The translations under genes were made by a program, and so were the position numbers. DNA of 64,000 nucleotides from Calcarisporiella thermophila CBS 279.70. Taxonomy: Eukaryota; Fungi; Calcarisporiellomycota. The stretch is taken from contig NW_027192205.1 of NCBI RefSeq assembly GCF_041956535.1, positions 665,936-729,935 on the forward strand, in the 5' to 3' direction. The notes under the pieces are model-generated. The model searched no databases. It was not told where the DNA came from and saw only the letters and a program-made list of their open reading frames with translations. Every line of letters begins with the position of its first letter. The first letter of the stretch is position 1. Below are positions 34,728-48,653 of this stretch, piece after piece.

Positions 34728-34990
34728 AGTGTCCACATTTTTTGTGAACTATTTTAAGATATTTCAAGTTTGTCTTTATAGATTTCATAAGCAACTTTGT
34801 TTATTTCAATTCTACAGATATTGGGATTAATGAGGGAAGGTTGTAGCGTAAGAGAAAGAGGCCGCAGCAAAAGGCAGAGAAAGATAAGAGGGAGGAAAAG
34901 AATGACGGAATAAAGTATGAAAGAAACACAATTCAACAAGTATATATATGTGAAAGAGGAATAAATAACCTTGAGCATATAAATATGACT

Positions 34991-35988
34991 TTATTTACCA
35001 CATCGTCTACCATCTCGCTCTTTGCACTCATCTACAAGACAGTAAGCGGGTGAGTATCCGCATGCCATCCCAGGGTTTCTTAGATCTGGATTCGGTTCCG
35101 TGTTGTCAGTACCGCCTAGTGAAGTATAGCCCAAGTCATAGAGTTTGCAGTATGGGACTCTGAGGGTAAGCAGGAACTCCCAAATTTGCTGATACTGCCA
35201 ATCGACTATGGGATGAACACGCATGCAGGAAGGCCAGTCTTCGTCGGTAGGAACGAAGGCTGTCAAGTGTTTACCATGGGGATCGTTTCGCCTGGTGCCA
35301 ACCAGCACAGCTTTAATACCCGGCCGAGCCTCAAAATATCGTTGCAGGGCTGGTTTCATTGGGCCGGGGATGCGCACCAGATCTAGGCCGTAGCGTTGCA
35401 CCGTTTCCTTCACAAAGGATTCAACCTCATCAAACTGATTTGGGTGGGTGACATAGAGACCATGTATGAACTCTATATTTGAGCCGTGTAAACGATATAG
35501 AACGGCGGCAAAAAGATGCAGGAGGACAGTGCAGTCCTTGCCACCGTTAAATGATATGATCAATCCATCCACCCTGCAAGAGCCAATTTCAGGTTAGTAG
35601 AGAAGAATACATTGTGCATATATAGGTGACAGACCCATAACGCCGTACTGCTTCTTCTATAATAAATAATGCCTCGCGGACTCGTCCAGCGATTGGCTTA
35701 TCTGATAATGCGAGGGCGTATACCTCCTCTTCCACTTTAGCAAGATCCAATAGTCGAGGGGCTTGTGCTACACAGGCTACACGGCCTTCTTTCTCATTAT
35801 TGAGTGAATGCCATCGTACTTCGCTATTCAAAGTCGGTGATTTATTTGAAGTACCGGAAATTGTCTTAAGCGTTGCGGGAAGAGAGATATCTGGAGGATG
35901 ATTTTGATTACTGAGAGGGTTGCAATAATCACAAATTGGTCAGTTCGCGAGACATGACAGCTGAGGGTTCAGTTGTGGACTTACCCAT
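34991..35988 (-). CDS. FAD1: FAD synthase (PAPS reductase family)
   Basis: SFNGGKDCTVLLHL, GTRRNDPH, MRVHPIVDW, LYDLGYTSLG, ERDGR; 4-nt first coding exon (ATGG|gtaagt); 2 introns. Confidence 0.94.
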
Positions 35989-36282
35989 TGTTTAGTGCCG
36001 AGTGGTGTTCTAATGTCATGATATAAATGTATTTTAAATAAAATAAAGTGGTAAGGGCACAATCACGGGGAAGAGTTTTGGAGAGGCTCTTGAGAGGGGA
36101 TGTGTAATATTATCATAAGATGAAGGGTTCGACTCTACCCCCTCATTGGAATTGCTGCGCCACTTACTACTAAACGATACGTGGAGTTAGTTGACTCGTG
36201 TCCACAATATTAAAAGCTTTATATTTCGCCTTGTGGAAAGATTAAAACCATCGGAGCTCATCATAACCCCATCACAACTCCA

Positions 36283-37357
36283 ATGGCACAACAACCAATA
36301 CACTCCGTACTTTTTGATAATCCCGACTATGACCAATCGCATGCAGCAGGGCAAGGTGTCGAAGATCTACAATTTTATCAGACAACTTATGCTGAGGGGA
36401 ACTATGGTTATGCCCCGCAGATGATGGCTTCAGGATATGAGGGCCAGCGGGAAGTAGGGGCAAGTTCGGGAAGTTTCTGGTCTGCATTTGGGACGGGTGG
36501 CTTTGCAGATGAGCCGCCGCTATTAGAGGGTAATCACAAAAAAAGCACCCGATCTATTACGTGCTTGTTAATATCTCAGTTAATATATAGAGCTTGGCAT
36601 CAATTTCAGTCATATCCAGGGCAAGGTAAGATTCATTTTATTCATGTATTCGTGATCCCTAGTTTTCGCATTCCTGCGATGTTTAATGCCCCTTTTTGGT
36701 CCCCTTCCAGAGTCTTGCGGTGCTGAATCCACTTCGTACTGTGGATAGACATATAATGGACGATGCGGACTTGGCAGGGCCTCTGCTCTTTTGTTTTCTA
36801 TACGGCATGTTCCTTCTATTGGTAAGATCCTTATGCAACTCCTTCGTAGTCAAAGTGACTAGCTAAAAGTTTCTCTTCTTGCCCGGCCACTGCCTTGTAT
36901 TATTTAGTCCGGAAAGCCCCATTTTGGTTATATCTATGGCGTGGCAATGCTCGGTTGTTTCTCACTCTACCTAATTCTTAATCTAATGAGCGAGATGCCC
37001 ATCGAAGGTTACCGAGTGGCGAGCGTGCTTGGATATTGCATGCTACCGATGGTGATTCTAAGCGGATTGGGAGTCATATTCCAACTTGAGTAAGTCGGAT
37101 ATTCCTCCGTATTTGGTGCAATTCTATTCATAAGATCAAAGCTATAACCTTAAAATATTTCTCTTGATATCAGCGGCAATCTGGGCTTCTGCTTCACGTT
37201 CGCGGCAGTGGCGTGGTGTACCTTTGCCGCAAGCGGCATGTTTGTCAGCGTGCAGCAGATGAGCGAGCAGCGAGGACTTGTAGCATATCCGGTTGGCCTC
37301 TTCTATACGTGCTTCGCACTGATGGCCATGTTCACAAACACACCGACGGTGAAATAG
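36283..37357 (+). CDS. YIP1: Yip1-family Golgi membrane protein
   Basis: SAFGTGGFADEPPLLE|ELGINF, IMDDADLAGPLLF, GKPHFGYIYG, VASVLGYCMLP, LVAYPVGLFY; multi-exon. Confidence 0.93.
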
Positions 37358-37837
37358 GGGAAGAGGGGCAACTTGATCTGGCGGTGGCTGTTGTTCCGAT
37401 TCCGTTGTATAATAAACTTATTAAATGTGAAAAACAAGGAAAAAACCCTCTCTATATAGCCCTTGTCTGTGTTCCGCTTTAAATTGAATCATAATGATTG
37501 CAGCTTCCGGCCATATGAACCTTGTTTAGGTTTTACGCACATCCGGCTGTCGTCACTGATCTGGAAAAGGCCCTTCCGATTTGTCGTGGAAAATCTAAAT
37601 GGCCGGACACTCGGGGCTGGCTGGGCCTTAATCAGATTACATTGAATAAGGAAACAGGTGATTTCTAAGATTCAATTGAAGAATGGGAATTTTATTTGGG
37701 GTGGTGGTGTTTGAGTGGTCCAAGAAATTTACATATTTTTGTTTCCTTCCCCTCTTCCTCAACTTGTCTCTTCGGCTTTTCAGCTGCCATTACATCTCAT
37801 CTGCTTCGTATTTGTTCTTCTTCCTGTGCGTGTGAAC

Positions 37838-40278
37838 ATGAGCGCTGAAGCAGTAGCTACTGGTACGTCAGCCGGCCTGCTCTCTCTCTTTATTTAGGCA
37901 TAAGTGATCTACGCACCGTCCTTGGCTAACGCTTTCCTCTTTGATTCCTGTAGCGACCCAATCTGGTATGATTGATGCTATGGATGTGATATTGCTGGGC
38001 ACTATTGGAGTGGGAACGCTTGTCTACTTCTTCCGTGATACGCTCTTCTCTTTTGTGCGTAAATCGGATGACTCTAAATCGCATTCTGCCAATGGTGTAT
38101 CCAAGCCAAACGGTGTCAATGGGGTGGATGCAGCAGCAAATATTGCCGCACGGAAAAAATCACGGGATTTCGTGGCCAAGATGCGGGAAATGGTGCGAAA
38201 ACATCCTTTGAAATCCTGTCCCCCTTGAATTTGCTTCTCATCTTGTTCACTTAATTGTTGCACCATGTAGGATCGCAACGTCATTTTGTTTTTTGGATCA
38301 CAAACTGGCACTGCAGAGGATTATGCCGCACGGCTCGCCAAGGAGGGGGCCCAAAAATACGGTCTCCGTACTATGACGGCCAATCTTGAGGATTATGACA
38401 TCACAAATCTTGATCAGCTTCCAGAGGGATCTCTAGCCTTTTTTGTGATGGCTACCTATGGTGAGGGCGAGCCCACGGATAATGCTTTAGACTTTTGGGA
38501 GTTAATTACGTCAGAGATGCCTGAATTTTCGCAAAGCGATGCCGCCGAGGATCCGGAAAAACCGCTTTCGGGTCTGCGCTATGTTGTCTTCGGACTTGGC
38601 AACCGCACTTACGAGCACTACAACGCGGTGGCGCGAACAGTGGATGCGCGTCTGGAACAATTGGGAGCGAAGCGTGTTGGCGAGCGTGGAGAGGGAGATG
38701 ACGATGGAAGTCTTGAGGAGGACTTTCTTGCTTGGAAGGAGGATATGTGGAAGGAGGTGTGCCAGGCGATGAACGTAAGCGAATTGGCCGCCGGGGAGCG
38801 CCAGGCATCCTACACGGTCACCGAGCTGACCACTGACGATATGGCGAATCAACACGTGTATGAGGGCGAATTGGCCGAAAAGTCTGCAGCCGCACCGGCT
38901 ACCAAGTGAGTCCAAATTTTATTTGATCATAATTTAGGTTGGTCATGGTTGCTGACACTCTTTTCATTGGATTAGGATATCGTACGATGCAAAGCATCCA
39001 TACGCTGCACCCATCTCCACGATGAATGTGTTTACTGAGACTGCTGATCGCCACTGCATTCATGGCGAGGTCGATATCCGGGGCTCTGGGCTCCGCTATG
39101 AAGCAGGCGACCATATCGCCGTGTGGCCCACCAACTCGGACGACGAAGTCGAGCGACTGGCTCGTGTGCTTGGCATGAGTGACAAGCTTGACACTGCCGT
39201 CATGGTCCGAAGCACCGACCCAACCACCACAAAACCTCACCCCTTCCCCGTTCCTGCCTCCTATCGCACTATCTTCCGCCACTACGTTGACATCTGCGGT
39301 CTTCCTTCGCGCCAGGCGCTGGCCAGTCTGGCGCCCTATGCTCCCAACGAGAAGGCCAAAGAAGATCTGGCCAAGATCGGCAACGATAAGGAAGAGTATG
39401 CTCGCCAAGTCAGTGACCGCGCCCTCACCCTCGGCGAGGTCCTTGAAATGATATCGCCGCAGGAGCCATTCAGCAGCATTCCTTTCGATCTTCTGATTGA
39501 AAATTTGCCGCGTCTGCAGTGTCGTTACTACTCCATCTCCTCGTCTCCTAAGGTGCATCCCGACCACATCCATCTTACAGCCGTAGTGCTGACTTACCAG
39601 CCGGAGCCCGAAGCAAAACGCACTGTGTATGGTGTCGCCACCAACTACCTCTTGGCGCTACACCGAACCACACTTCCCGACCAAGAGCTGGCGAACTCTA
39701 TTGCATGCCCTCGCTACCACGTCTCTGGCCCTCGCGGGGCTTATGCCGAGGGAGGACTACGGGTCCCGATTCACGTTCGCCGTTCCAACTTCAAGCTTCC
39801 GCGCAACCCCCGCCTCCCTGTGGTGATGATTGGGCCAGGAACTGGTGTGGCTCCCTTCCGTGGTTTTGTACAGGAGCGTGCTAAGATTGCGCAGCAAGGT
39901 CAGGAGGTGGGAGAGACCATTCTCTTCTATGGCTGTCGCCGATCCGACGAGGACTTCCTCTATCGGGATGAATGGCCCGGCTATTTTGAAGCTCTCGGCC
40001 CCAAGTCCAAGATGATTACTGCGTTTTCTCGCGAGGGTGCTCAGAAGGTCTACGTCCAACATCGTCTTAAGGAGCATGCGGAACAAGTGTGGGAATTGAT
40101 CTACAAAAAGCAAGGATACTTTTATGTGTGCGGTGATGCCAAAAACATGGCGCATGATGTACAACACACGCTGATCGCTATTGCCCAACAGTATGGAGGC
40201 ATGGACGAGGCACGGGCCACATCATGGGTGAAGGATTTGAGGAGCCGTGGCCGTTACCAGGAAGACGTTTGGAGTTAA
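37838..40278 (+). CDS. NCP1: NADPH-cytochrome P450 reductase
   Basis: N-terminal TM anchor; FFGSQTGTAEDYA, ATYGEGEPTDNA, RYYSISSS, MIGPGTGVAPFRGF, YVCGDAKNMA, terminal DVWS; 3 introns. Confidence 0.97.
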
Positions 40279-42743
40279 TTGAGGAGCTCGATTTTTCCTT
40301 TTGTTCCCCGTAGAGAGCAAGTATATCAACCATGGAGTAGGTGACGTGAACTTACATTCAACATACTTGATATTTATATCTTTTTTTTTTCCCTCATTTT
40401 CTCTTCTTTTCTTTGTCGCTTATATCAGTAAGTTTATCTTTATTTAAAGCTTAAAATACGTTTGGAGTATCTCAGGGTTGAAAAAATTATATACATTATG
40501 GTTAGACTCTTCCATTTAGATTTTTTTCTTTTTTTGTATATTCTACATATATTTTTGCCTTACCAATAAAGAGTCTAATAATTCTTAGGATGCTTTATCG
40601 GGGTTAGCTATGATCCTGCTTCCGGATAACCTAAAATATTATGGATATTGGGGTGAAGGATAGGGGATATTTTTCTCATATACCTGGTGCACTTGCTTAA
40701 TATAAAACTACTATGCAAGCGCTATGGTGCAGTGATGGGAACGGGGAGTGGAGAGCACACATATTATTTCAGTTCTCTGCCAGAGAGAACACTTGCTTGT
40801 TCCCAGCATCAACCAAGTGTTCCCCTATTGTATATATTATCATCCTATAATTCAATTTGTTCTGAGAGGAGAGTAAGCTCGGAAAACACTATTAAATGCA
40901 TGTAGGAACTTTCCTCCCTCTCATTTTTGAGAACGAAATGAGACGAATCCAAAACTCCCTAAAGACCATTTTAGCAATGTAATTCAAAGTGTTGGTGATA
41001 TTGCCAGGTTTGATCTTGTGACAATTCCAAGATCAAATTAATCACAAAAACATTTTTGAAATCTCCTACTTGCAAGTCGTAAGTATAAAACTCGCAAACG
41101 AGGGATTCACTCGAGATTTTCAAACAATCAATGTGTAGAACAACATGGGGAACGATTCTCAGGAGCAGCTATTTACTCCAGCATTGGAGTAAATAGGGAG
41201 CAACTGTCACTTTAACCCTATTGAATGAATGGGGCATTTAGGGTAAACGAGAGTGGAACGATTGGCAAGTGTGGAGAATTTCCAAGCCAAAGGTTGGTTC
41301 AATGTTGGGCGGATTTGCTGCCAGTCACTTAATACTTAACCCAGAATTTGCCCCACCTTAGTAAGTTGGAATTGAACTGAGTGGTCAAAGCTTAGCTCGG
41401 TTCAGACTCTGCTGAAGACGCAGCCATACCATTCGATATACAATTGTTGTGCTTGGTTCTTCTTTGGTATGACTTTGTGCATTCAATAAGCATCCTCGGT
41501 CCAAAAGCGCGGTATATCAGTGGTGTTTACTTGGCTCATGAGATTGAGGGCCTTGTGCTAACTTATCTTGACACTGCCTTGTACACTGTGCCAGATGGTC
41601 AGAGGTAACGCTCCACTCCTCTAGAAACTCTGGTAAAGGATACACTCCACAAATCTAGTAGCAAAATGTTATCTTTAAGGACAAATGACAATTTACGAAA
41701 TGAAGACTCATGATCCATATTTGTAGTCCAGTTCAGTGGGTAGTAACGGTAGTATTCTGTTCCAATGGTTGAGTGGTGGCTAATACTAAAAGTCGTGGTT
41801 GTGCTCTCAATTAGAATGCCGCCGTGTCAAGGAGAAAATAAGGTGAGGAGGATCCCATAGTTTTTGTGGTCAAGGTGTTATTTGTTTACTTTGACCATAC
41901 CATTCAATCCACCGTTGTGGTTGCCTCACAATATCCATTATGGTGAGTCCCATTAGGAATAGATTTTTCCAAGCATTCAAGATATCTCGTTAATAATACG
42001 ATTTCTCATGCTAAGTTCTATCTCGGTATAAATTCACATATACGATAATTGCCATTAATTATGTGTAAATTTCGTAATACCTTAGCGGCTCTACCGAGAG
42101 GACAAGCATATCCCGATTTACTAAGAAAATGTCATCTCATGGAACAGCGGGTGTTTCCGAAGTCCTACGGCGTAATACGATCGTCAAAGGTAGTAACATT
42201 CGATTGAAATCTCATACGCTCTGTTATCGTGATTACACACTTCTCCGGTTCATTTCAACCAGCAATGAGTGGAATCAGGGTGGTGTTTGTTTTCAGTACA
42301 AACGAATAGGTTGTCACACTACAAATTTTTAAATCTCCCTTATTGAAAATGCTGCAAAGCGTTTTCGAAGCTTCTCCCTCGGGATTGCCTACATCCCGAA
42401 AAAGAAGCTCCCTTTATTTATTTTTACCCATTAAAGCAAAATTTCTCAGATCATAAGCTTGTAGAGAAGACGACTCACGTGGTTGTTGGGAGAAAAGGTG
42501 CTTTGAAATGCCCATTGTCTTTCCAGAACAAACAATAGTGTAATTGGAGGAGACTCTACATCATGGCTGGTGCTCCCAGGGTGATGTCCTTAATTCGACT
42601 TCGACACTATTACTAGCCACCTAAAAGCAAATTTCCCCTCCAATCATTATATAAAGGGAGGGATTGAGCTGATTCTTTTGCTTAAACAAATTTTTACACA
42701 ATCATCTATCTATCTATTGCATCCGCTAATAAAGCTCCACGTT

Positions 42744-43628
42744 ATGGTTCGCGTATACAGTGTATTCGGACTAGTTGCCCTTGCTGGACTCGCTCTAGGT
42801 GATGGATTAAGCGAGGTGGCAGATGGAAAAAGGATTTTCTTCTTGGAGGTAGATACCCAATGCGCGCGGAGCTCCTTTAGCTGCACCACTCCAGTGCTAC
42901 TCAAGTCGAATACTAACCAACCTTCGGACGTCGATGTGGGGGTTGTCAAATACGGAGACGCAATGGCGTGGGACGCCTTCACGGGAGGAGGTAGCGGTTT
43001 GAGGTTCGATTATCTATCTCCCATTTGCCCGAAGAAGATGAACACGCGCTTCGACAAGCAGGAGCTACCGTTTTTGGAGAGCAAAAACCAGACCATTTCG
43101 ATTACGACATCCACCTGTCTTGATGGAATCGCCATTCCCGTCAAGTCCAACCAGAAGAGAAATTCAAAGCGAAATCTCTATCTGTACGTGGAAATGTCGT
43201 CCGCTTACATGGACACCTCCGGTCTTAAATTCCAAAGTGGAGGGCTTTTCGAAGCAACATGCTATCACATGAATGGCAAGACGGTGGAGATCCAACCTCT
43301 CGGCATTATCGACTGCTTGAATCAGAAGGAGGTTGGAATTTTAGACAACGAGAACGCATGCTTTAAGGAATTTGTGAGCATCAAGGACAATGGCCGGTTC
43401 AAGTCTCTGATGAAATCGCTTCACGAGAAAGAAAAGGACAGATATTACAAAGACAACCGATTCAACCAAGGTCCTCGAATCAACATCGCTACCCGAGGCA
43501 TCGCAGCAGAGAACTATTCTTGCCACAAGGGAGCCAAAAACTTTGTGAGTCAGCTGAAGGAGGCGTATGCTTTGGTTTCTGAAATTATCGGAGTGGTGAC
43601 TTCGATTCCTGGAGTCCCTGGACTTTAG
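42744..43628 (+). CDS. Orphan secreted protein with Kex2-type KR sites (preprotoxin-like architecture)
   Basis: Signal peptide MVRVYSVFGLVALAGLALG; TATA (TATATAAAG, ~42648); intronless 294-aa ORF with 8 Cys; no recognised domain. Confidence 0.75.
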   Translation: MVRVYSVFGLVALAGLALGDGLSEVADGKRIFFLEVDTQCARSSFSCTTPVLLKSNTNQPSDVDVGVVKYGDAMAWDAFTGGGSGLRFDYLSPICPKKMNTRFDKQELPFLESKNQTISITTSTCLDGIAIPVKSNQKRNSKRNLYLYVEMSSAYMDTSGLKFQSGGLFEATCYHMNGKTVEIQPLGIIDCLNQKEVGILDNENACFKEFVSIKDNGRFKSLMKSLHEKEKDRYYKDNRFNQGPRINIATRGIAAENYSCHKGAKNFVSQLKEAYALVSEIIGVVTSIPGVPGL

Positions 43629-45741
43629 GCTCCTATCCAGAAATTGAAAATGCAACATCGGTTCCGTAGGAGTCTTAGATGAGTCTCTTTCCAACTCGTT
43701 TGAGTTTAGCATTCGAAGTTTGTTGCTTAAAATACTTTATCCAACTCATATTCTGTTTCTTCCCTCTGCTGTTTCATCGATATAATTTTTGTATTTTTTG
43801 ACTCTTCAAAAGCTACACTTTATTATTTGTTAAGAGTAGTATATTTACCAAAATAGGCTCTCAGATTTGCTCAAATTTTATGAGTATAATCCAAGAGTCA
43901 TTTTATTTGCGTTCTAATTTTTCTCCCCTTCTTACTGTTTTTTGCTTTCTTCCTTTTAAACAAATAATTAAAATGCTAGAATTCAAAACACATTAGATAC
44001 ATCGGTATTAGGCAACCTATTGGAGACATATGCAAAACACGATAGCGAATTCCTAATACTTGAGATTGTTTCACTATCTTGAAGTAGATTTCTTGACAGG
44101 CGATTAATTCGGAGGGGTTTCTATTAATTTTAATTCTGTTAATACAATATCAAAGTTGAAAACATGAAATAGTCTCGTAGGGTATGCTAAACTAACGTTT
44201 TGCAATACTGCAGTGCCGCGAAAATGAGAGGATTTGGGAACCAATAACCTTGAGCGTAAATATCGCATGTTGCAAAGTAATTAGAGTAAAATCAAGATAT
44301 CCTCTAAGTTTGTCGTCTTCCAACTTTTAAAGTAAACATGAAAGCAATAAATATAAATTTTCAAGAGTTTTCTTTAAGAGAATGCGGGCATGGAGGCCGA
44401 TTTAAGAGTGTGACTTGGATATAATACTCGGAGTGAGATAACTAAAAAGCAAAAACGCGAAAAATCAAAAGTGAATAGCCCCTTAATCTTGTACATGAAC
44501 GTGCTTACCCATTTTCTTAGAAAGGTACATTTGCTGCGATACCCACTTACCTGATCAATGACATTAAACAATCTTAGAAAAAGTAATGTATTGCCGTTCT
44601 ATTTTACTATCATTTTATTTAATGTCAAATTGAAAGACTCCATTTCTTCTTTTTTGTGAATGAAGCGTTTTTGGAAGGATTTATGCAAAATGTAGTAAAA
44701 ATAGTGATTTGGAAAGCTTTGAGGCAGTTCAATTCTTATGAATATTTATCGTAAGTATGGTTGTATATAATATCGGCGGTTTGTCTTTTGAGTAACGAAG
44801 CTTGGAGTTTTGATTGCTCGTATAAATCACTGGACTTCCAAGGGAGTAAAAAATATCACATATGCTTGTGAAGGAAACATTATCAAAAGCGATACAAGGA
44901 TTGACATTACGAGCAAATGAAATAGCGAAAAACAATGTGATTGGTAGTATCAACTGTCTAATTTCGTTGTAGCTCGCTTGCTTTTGATTCCCGTTGTAAA
45001 ATAATTATATGGATGCATCGAAGGATGGGTGTGAATGCGATTCGAGGTTGGCTGTTTGATCCTCAGGCATAATACATGATTCCTATGATTGCTTTGAGCA
45101 GCTCCCAAAAGACTCCGATTGGAAGACATGTTCAAACTGAAAAAGGTATTTTTTTTTAACTAGGAGTTATGCCTTAGCAGCGAACAGCCGATTAACAGAA
45201 GCTCGTTATTGAGCTCATGGGATCAGAGCCAAGTACCATACATCACATAGGCTTATTTGTAGAATTCTGTAAACTACTTTAATTGAAACCTCATTTTCTA
45301 TGGTTATAATTATAATTGTATGAACAAATATAGCAAAATAGTAGGGGGTGCTAAGGTTTGAATGGAGGCGTAATGAATGCTAAGAAGCAGGGTAGGTTTA
45401 TCATAGAGAAAGCTTCCAATGTTCTCTCGAGAGCAGGAAGATAGTTTTGTAAAAATTAATATGAAAATTAATGCAAAAAAAAAGAGGGAGCGGGAGTTAG
45501 ACCATGAAGCCCTGTTCCTTACTTGGACAAGCTGTGTTACCAGTTTAGCTTGAACTCAGCAGGCACTAATTCGGTATCTAGTATTGAGATTTCTAGTGGA
45601 TGTATAGATTTGCCTAACTGTTTTAATACATTTTATTTTTACGGCACGTTCTCATCCCACTCTACCATCCTAAACGTAGAGTCTGCTTATACAATCTGAC
45701 TGTATCCTAATTTTGAAGATAGTGATTGGAATCAATAGATA

Positions 45742-47373
45742 ATGGCCCCATCTCTAATTATTGATGAGAATTGTACCGGATTTGAACACACAATTGCAAA
45801 AGAATTAAATCGAGTATCGGATAAGCTACGCGAAATTAGTCTCAAGGTTATATCAATTTTCAAATTATGAAATATACTAGTTTCTCAATTTGCTTCTCCA
45901 TCATTCAAGATTCACGATAATCCAGAACTTGCATGGAAAGAGACTTTGGCACACGATTTACTCACTAGCTTTCTTGAAAGCGAAGGGTTCCTCGTACAAA
46001 GACATGCTTTTGTTTCCACTGGTTTCAAGGCTACTTTCGAAAGAGGAAAAGGACCAACTGTAGCATTTTGTAGCGAGTATGATGCATTACCAGGGATTGG
46101 CCACGGATGCGGGCATAATCTAATTGCAATTTCTGGGCTTGCTTGTGCAATTGGCGTCAAGAAGATGCTACAAGAACAAGAAATTAATGGTAAAGTTGTA
46201 CTGCTCGGAACCCCAGCTGAAGGTAAACACAAGAATTATATGATTATAAGTGGGAGATTAATAGCAACCAATTCTATGTTTAGAATCCTCTGGTGGGAAA
46301 ATTGCCATGATAGATGCAGGGGCATTTCATGATATCGATTTTGGAATGATGTTGCATCCAGCGTATGTATTGAGCAGTAATCCAGAAAAATTTCATCCTA
46401 TTTTCATTGCCCCTTCAACTACTCTTTGCAAAATAGACATGTCGATCTAGTTTTCCCTACGATATTGGCAATACAGGGTTTGGATGTCGAATATTTTGGA
46501 CGCGCGGCTCACGCAGCAGGAATGCCTTGGGAGGGTGTGAATGCGCTCGATGCAGCAGTGCAGGCATATAATTCCATAAGTGCCTTAAGACAGCAAATAA
46601 TGCCTACTTGCCGTATTCATGGTATCTTCACCAATGGGGGAAGAGCGGTGAATAGTAAGATAAACGCAACAGATAATTCTATTGACAAATCCTAATAATC
46701 TGTATATCCACCGATGCCTTTGGGTACTATCGTGTAGTTATCCCAGACTATGCTTCATTGAAGTTTATCATTAGGGCGTGTGGGAAGGAAGAGCTCGAGG
46801 CTCTATGTGAACGGGTAGAAAAATGCTTCCGAGCAGCGGCAGTCGCAACTGGCTGTCGAGTCGAGATGCATAAAAGTGAATCCTATTCAAGTATGTCATA
46901 TTTGAGAGCAATTCTATAGATACACCTGTAGTTGAAATTTTGTATCCCTATTAGATTTGTTAGTGAACTCCGTTCTTGGCGAGCGGTTTACTTACCACAT
47001 GGGCCGGAATGGGATCAAATATCCTTCACAACAAGAACAAAGAAATTTTCCACCCGCAGGAAGCACAGACTTTGGGAATGTATCCCACGTCATCCCTGCA
47101 TTACACCCAGGGTAATATATTCTCTGGTAGTGCTGAAATACTATGCTTTCATGCTCTCAAACATTTTCAACCTTTAGTTTCTCCATTTATACCAAGTTCC
47201 CTCCTCATACTCCAGAGTTTAGGGAAGCTGCCAGAACACCAGCTGCTCATACTGCAACACTTCGAGCATCCAAGTGCCTTGCGTTGACGGCGGTGGATGT
47301 AATGAAAGATCCCAAACTACTCGATGCAATGAGGCGCGAATGGCAAGATACAGTTCGCTCTAAGACAATATAA
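45742..47373 (+). CDS. M20 family amidohydrolase (ACY1L2/PM20D2-like)
   Basis: IHDNPELAWKE, SEYDALPGIGHGCGHNLIA, LGTPAE|E, MMLHP, AAHAAGMPWEGVNALDA, GSTDFGNVS, PHTPEF; multi-exon. Confidence 0.92.
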
Positions 47374-48653
47374 AGTATCCATGTAAATGGAGGTGTGAGG
47401 ATTAAATTTAAGAGTAGCTCAGTGAAGGATATGCAGAAATAACTCAGGCATTTCCGTTCTTATTGTATTTTACTGATTGAAAGTCTTTTTTACTTCAAAG
47501 GTCTGTATACTTTTGAACAATAAATTAGTATTTATTTTTCCAATATGCTTTTTTGAGATATCTATAGAATATACAACTTAAAAGTGAAATAAAATTTAAT
47601 GAGCGCATTTTCCCCCCTAACTTCATCACAAAATGAGGTAATCGCTACAACGAATTATTGTTCACTGTCGTTTTTGTCAGTGTACTCTATGAACATTCTC
47701 CGTCCTTTTTACATGCTCCTATATGCTTTCTCCTTGCACATATTTTGTAGAGATATATGTATTACATACACAAGCCCCTCGCCAAAGTATCTATCTGTCT
47801 AACAAAACAGTTCTCATTCTATTTTTTGAAAACAGGTGGACCAAACACAATCTCTAGTTAAGTTTAACAATGAACTTATATCCTGAAATTATCCAAAAAA
47901 GATCAAATGATTTTGTCCAGCCACCGCCACGCAATCAATCCCATATCATGGCTGTGTTAGTCCTTTAAACATTTTCTCTACCAGTTAAAAGTGAAAATAG
48001 AGGTGATGGATACAACTTGTGAATCATTTCTATGCCATTAGCATGTTTCACAATCGAACGCAAGATTGATTGCTAACATAATTATTATTTTTATAGAAAA
48101 CGAATTTTATTACACACCGTTGTTAGAGGTTTGATATTGAGCAACATTATATAATATAATCCTATTGCAGGCTTCTTGTTTAATGAGTCATGCATTACAA
48201 TCTTGCAACAACTGATAATAGTAAAATCGAGATCAAATGTAATTTGTAACATCCTCTTTTACCTCAAAGTGATTACTGAAAGAAAAATAAAATGTACATG
48301 CAACGAGATCCTGGTCCACTTTCTTTACTACCTGAATGAAACAAGGAAGTGTAATCAACGAATACAGTTAAATGATTCATAGTTGTGTAACTTATATTTA
48401 TAGCCGAAGAAAAGGGTAGTTGAGTTTTAACTTAATCTCTCGTGTTGTGTATTGCAACTCAACACTTCTCAGATTTCAACAAGAAGACGTGTCCAATTTT
48501 TCTACTAAGCCCTTTCGAGGAGTTATAGTTAATTGGTTTTAGTCAGTTAAACCTACCACAGAATCCTATTTATAAAGGCAGATTCCCCTGAATATATTCA
48601 AGTTTTTTTTTTTTTTTTTCTATCAACCTCTCTTCCTCTACTTATCAAAAAGA

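Noticed and set aside
36126-36135. B-box-like GGTTCGACTC between FAD1 and YIP1
   Set aside because: No cloverleaf or A box; a lone 9-10-mer can occur by chance (at most an extra-TFIIIC site).
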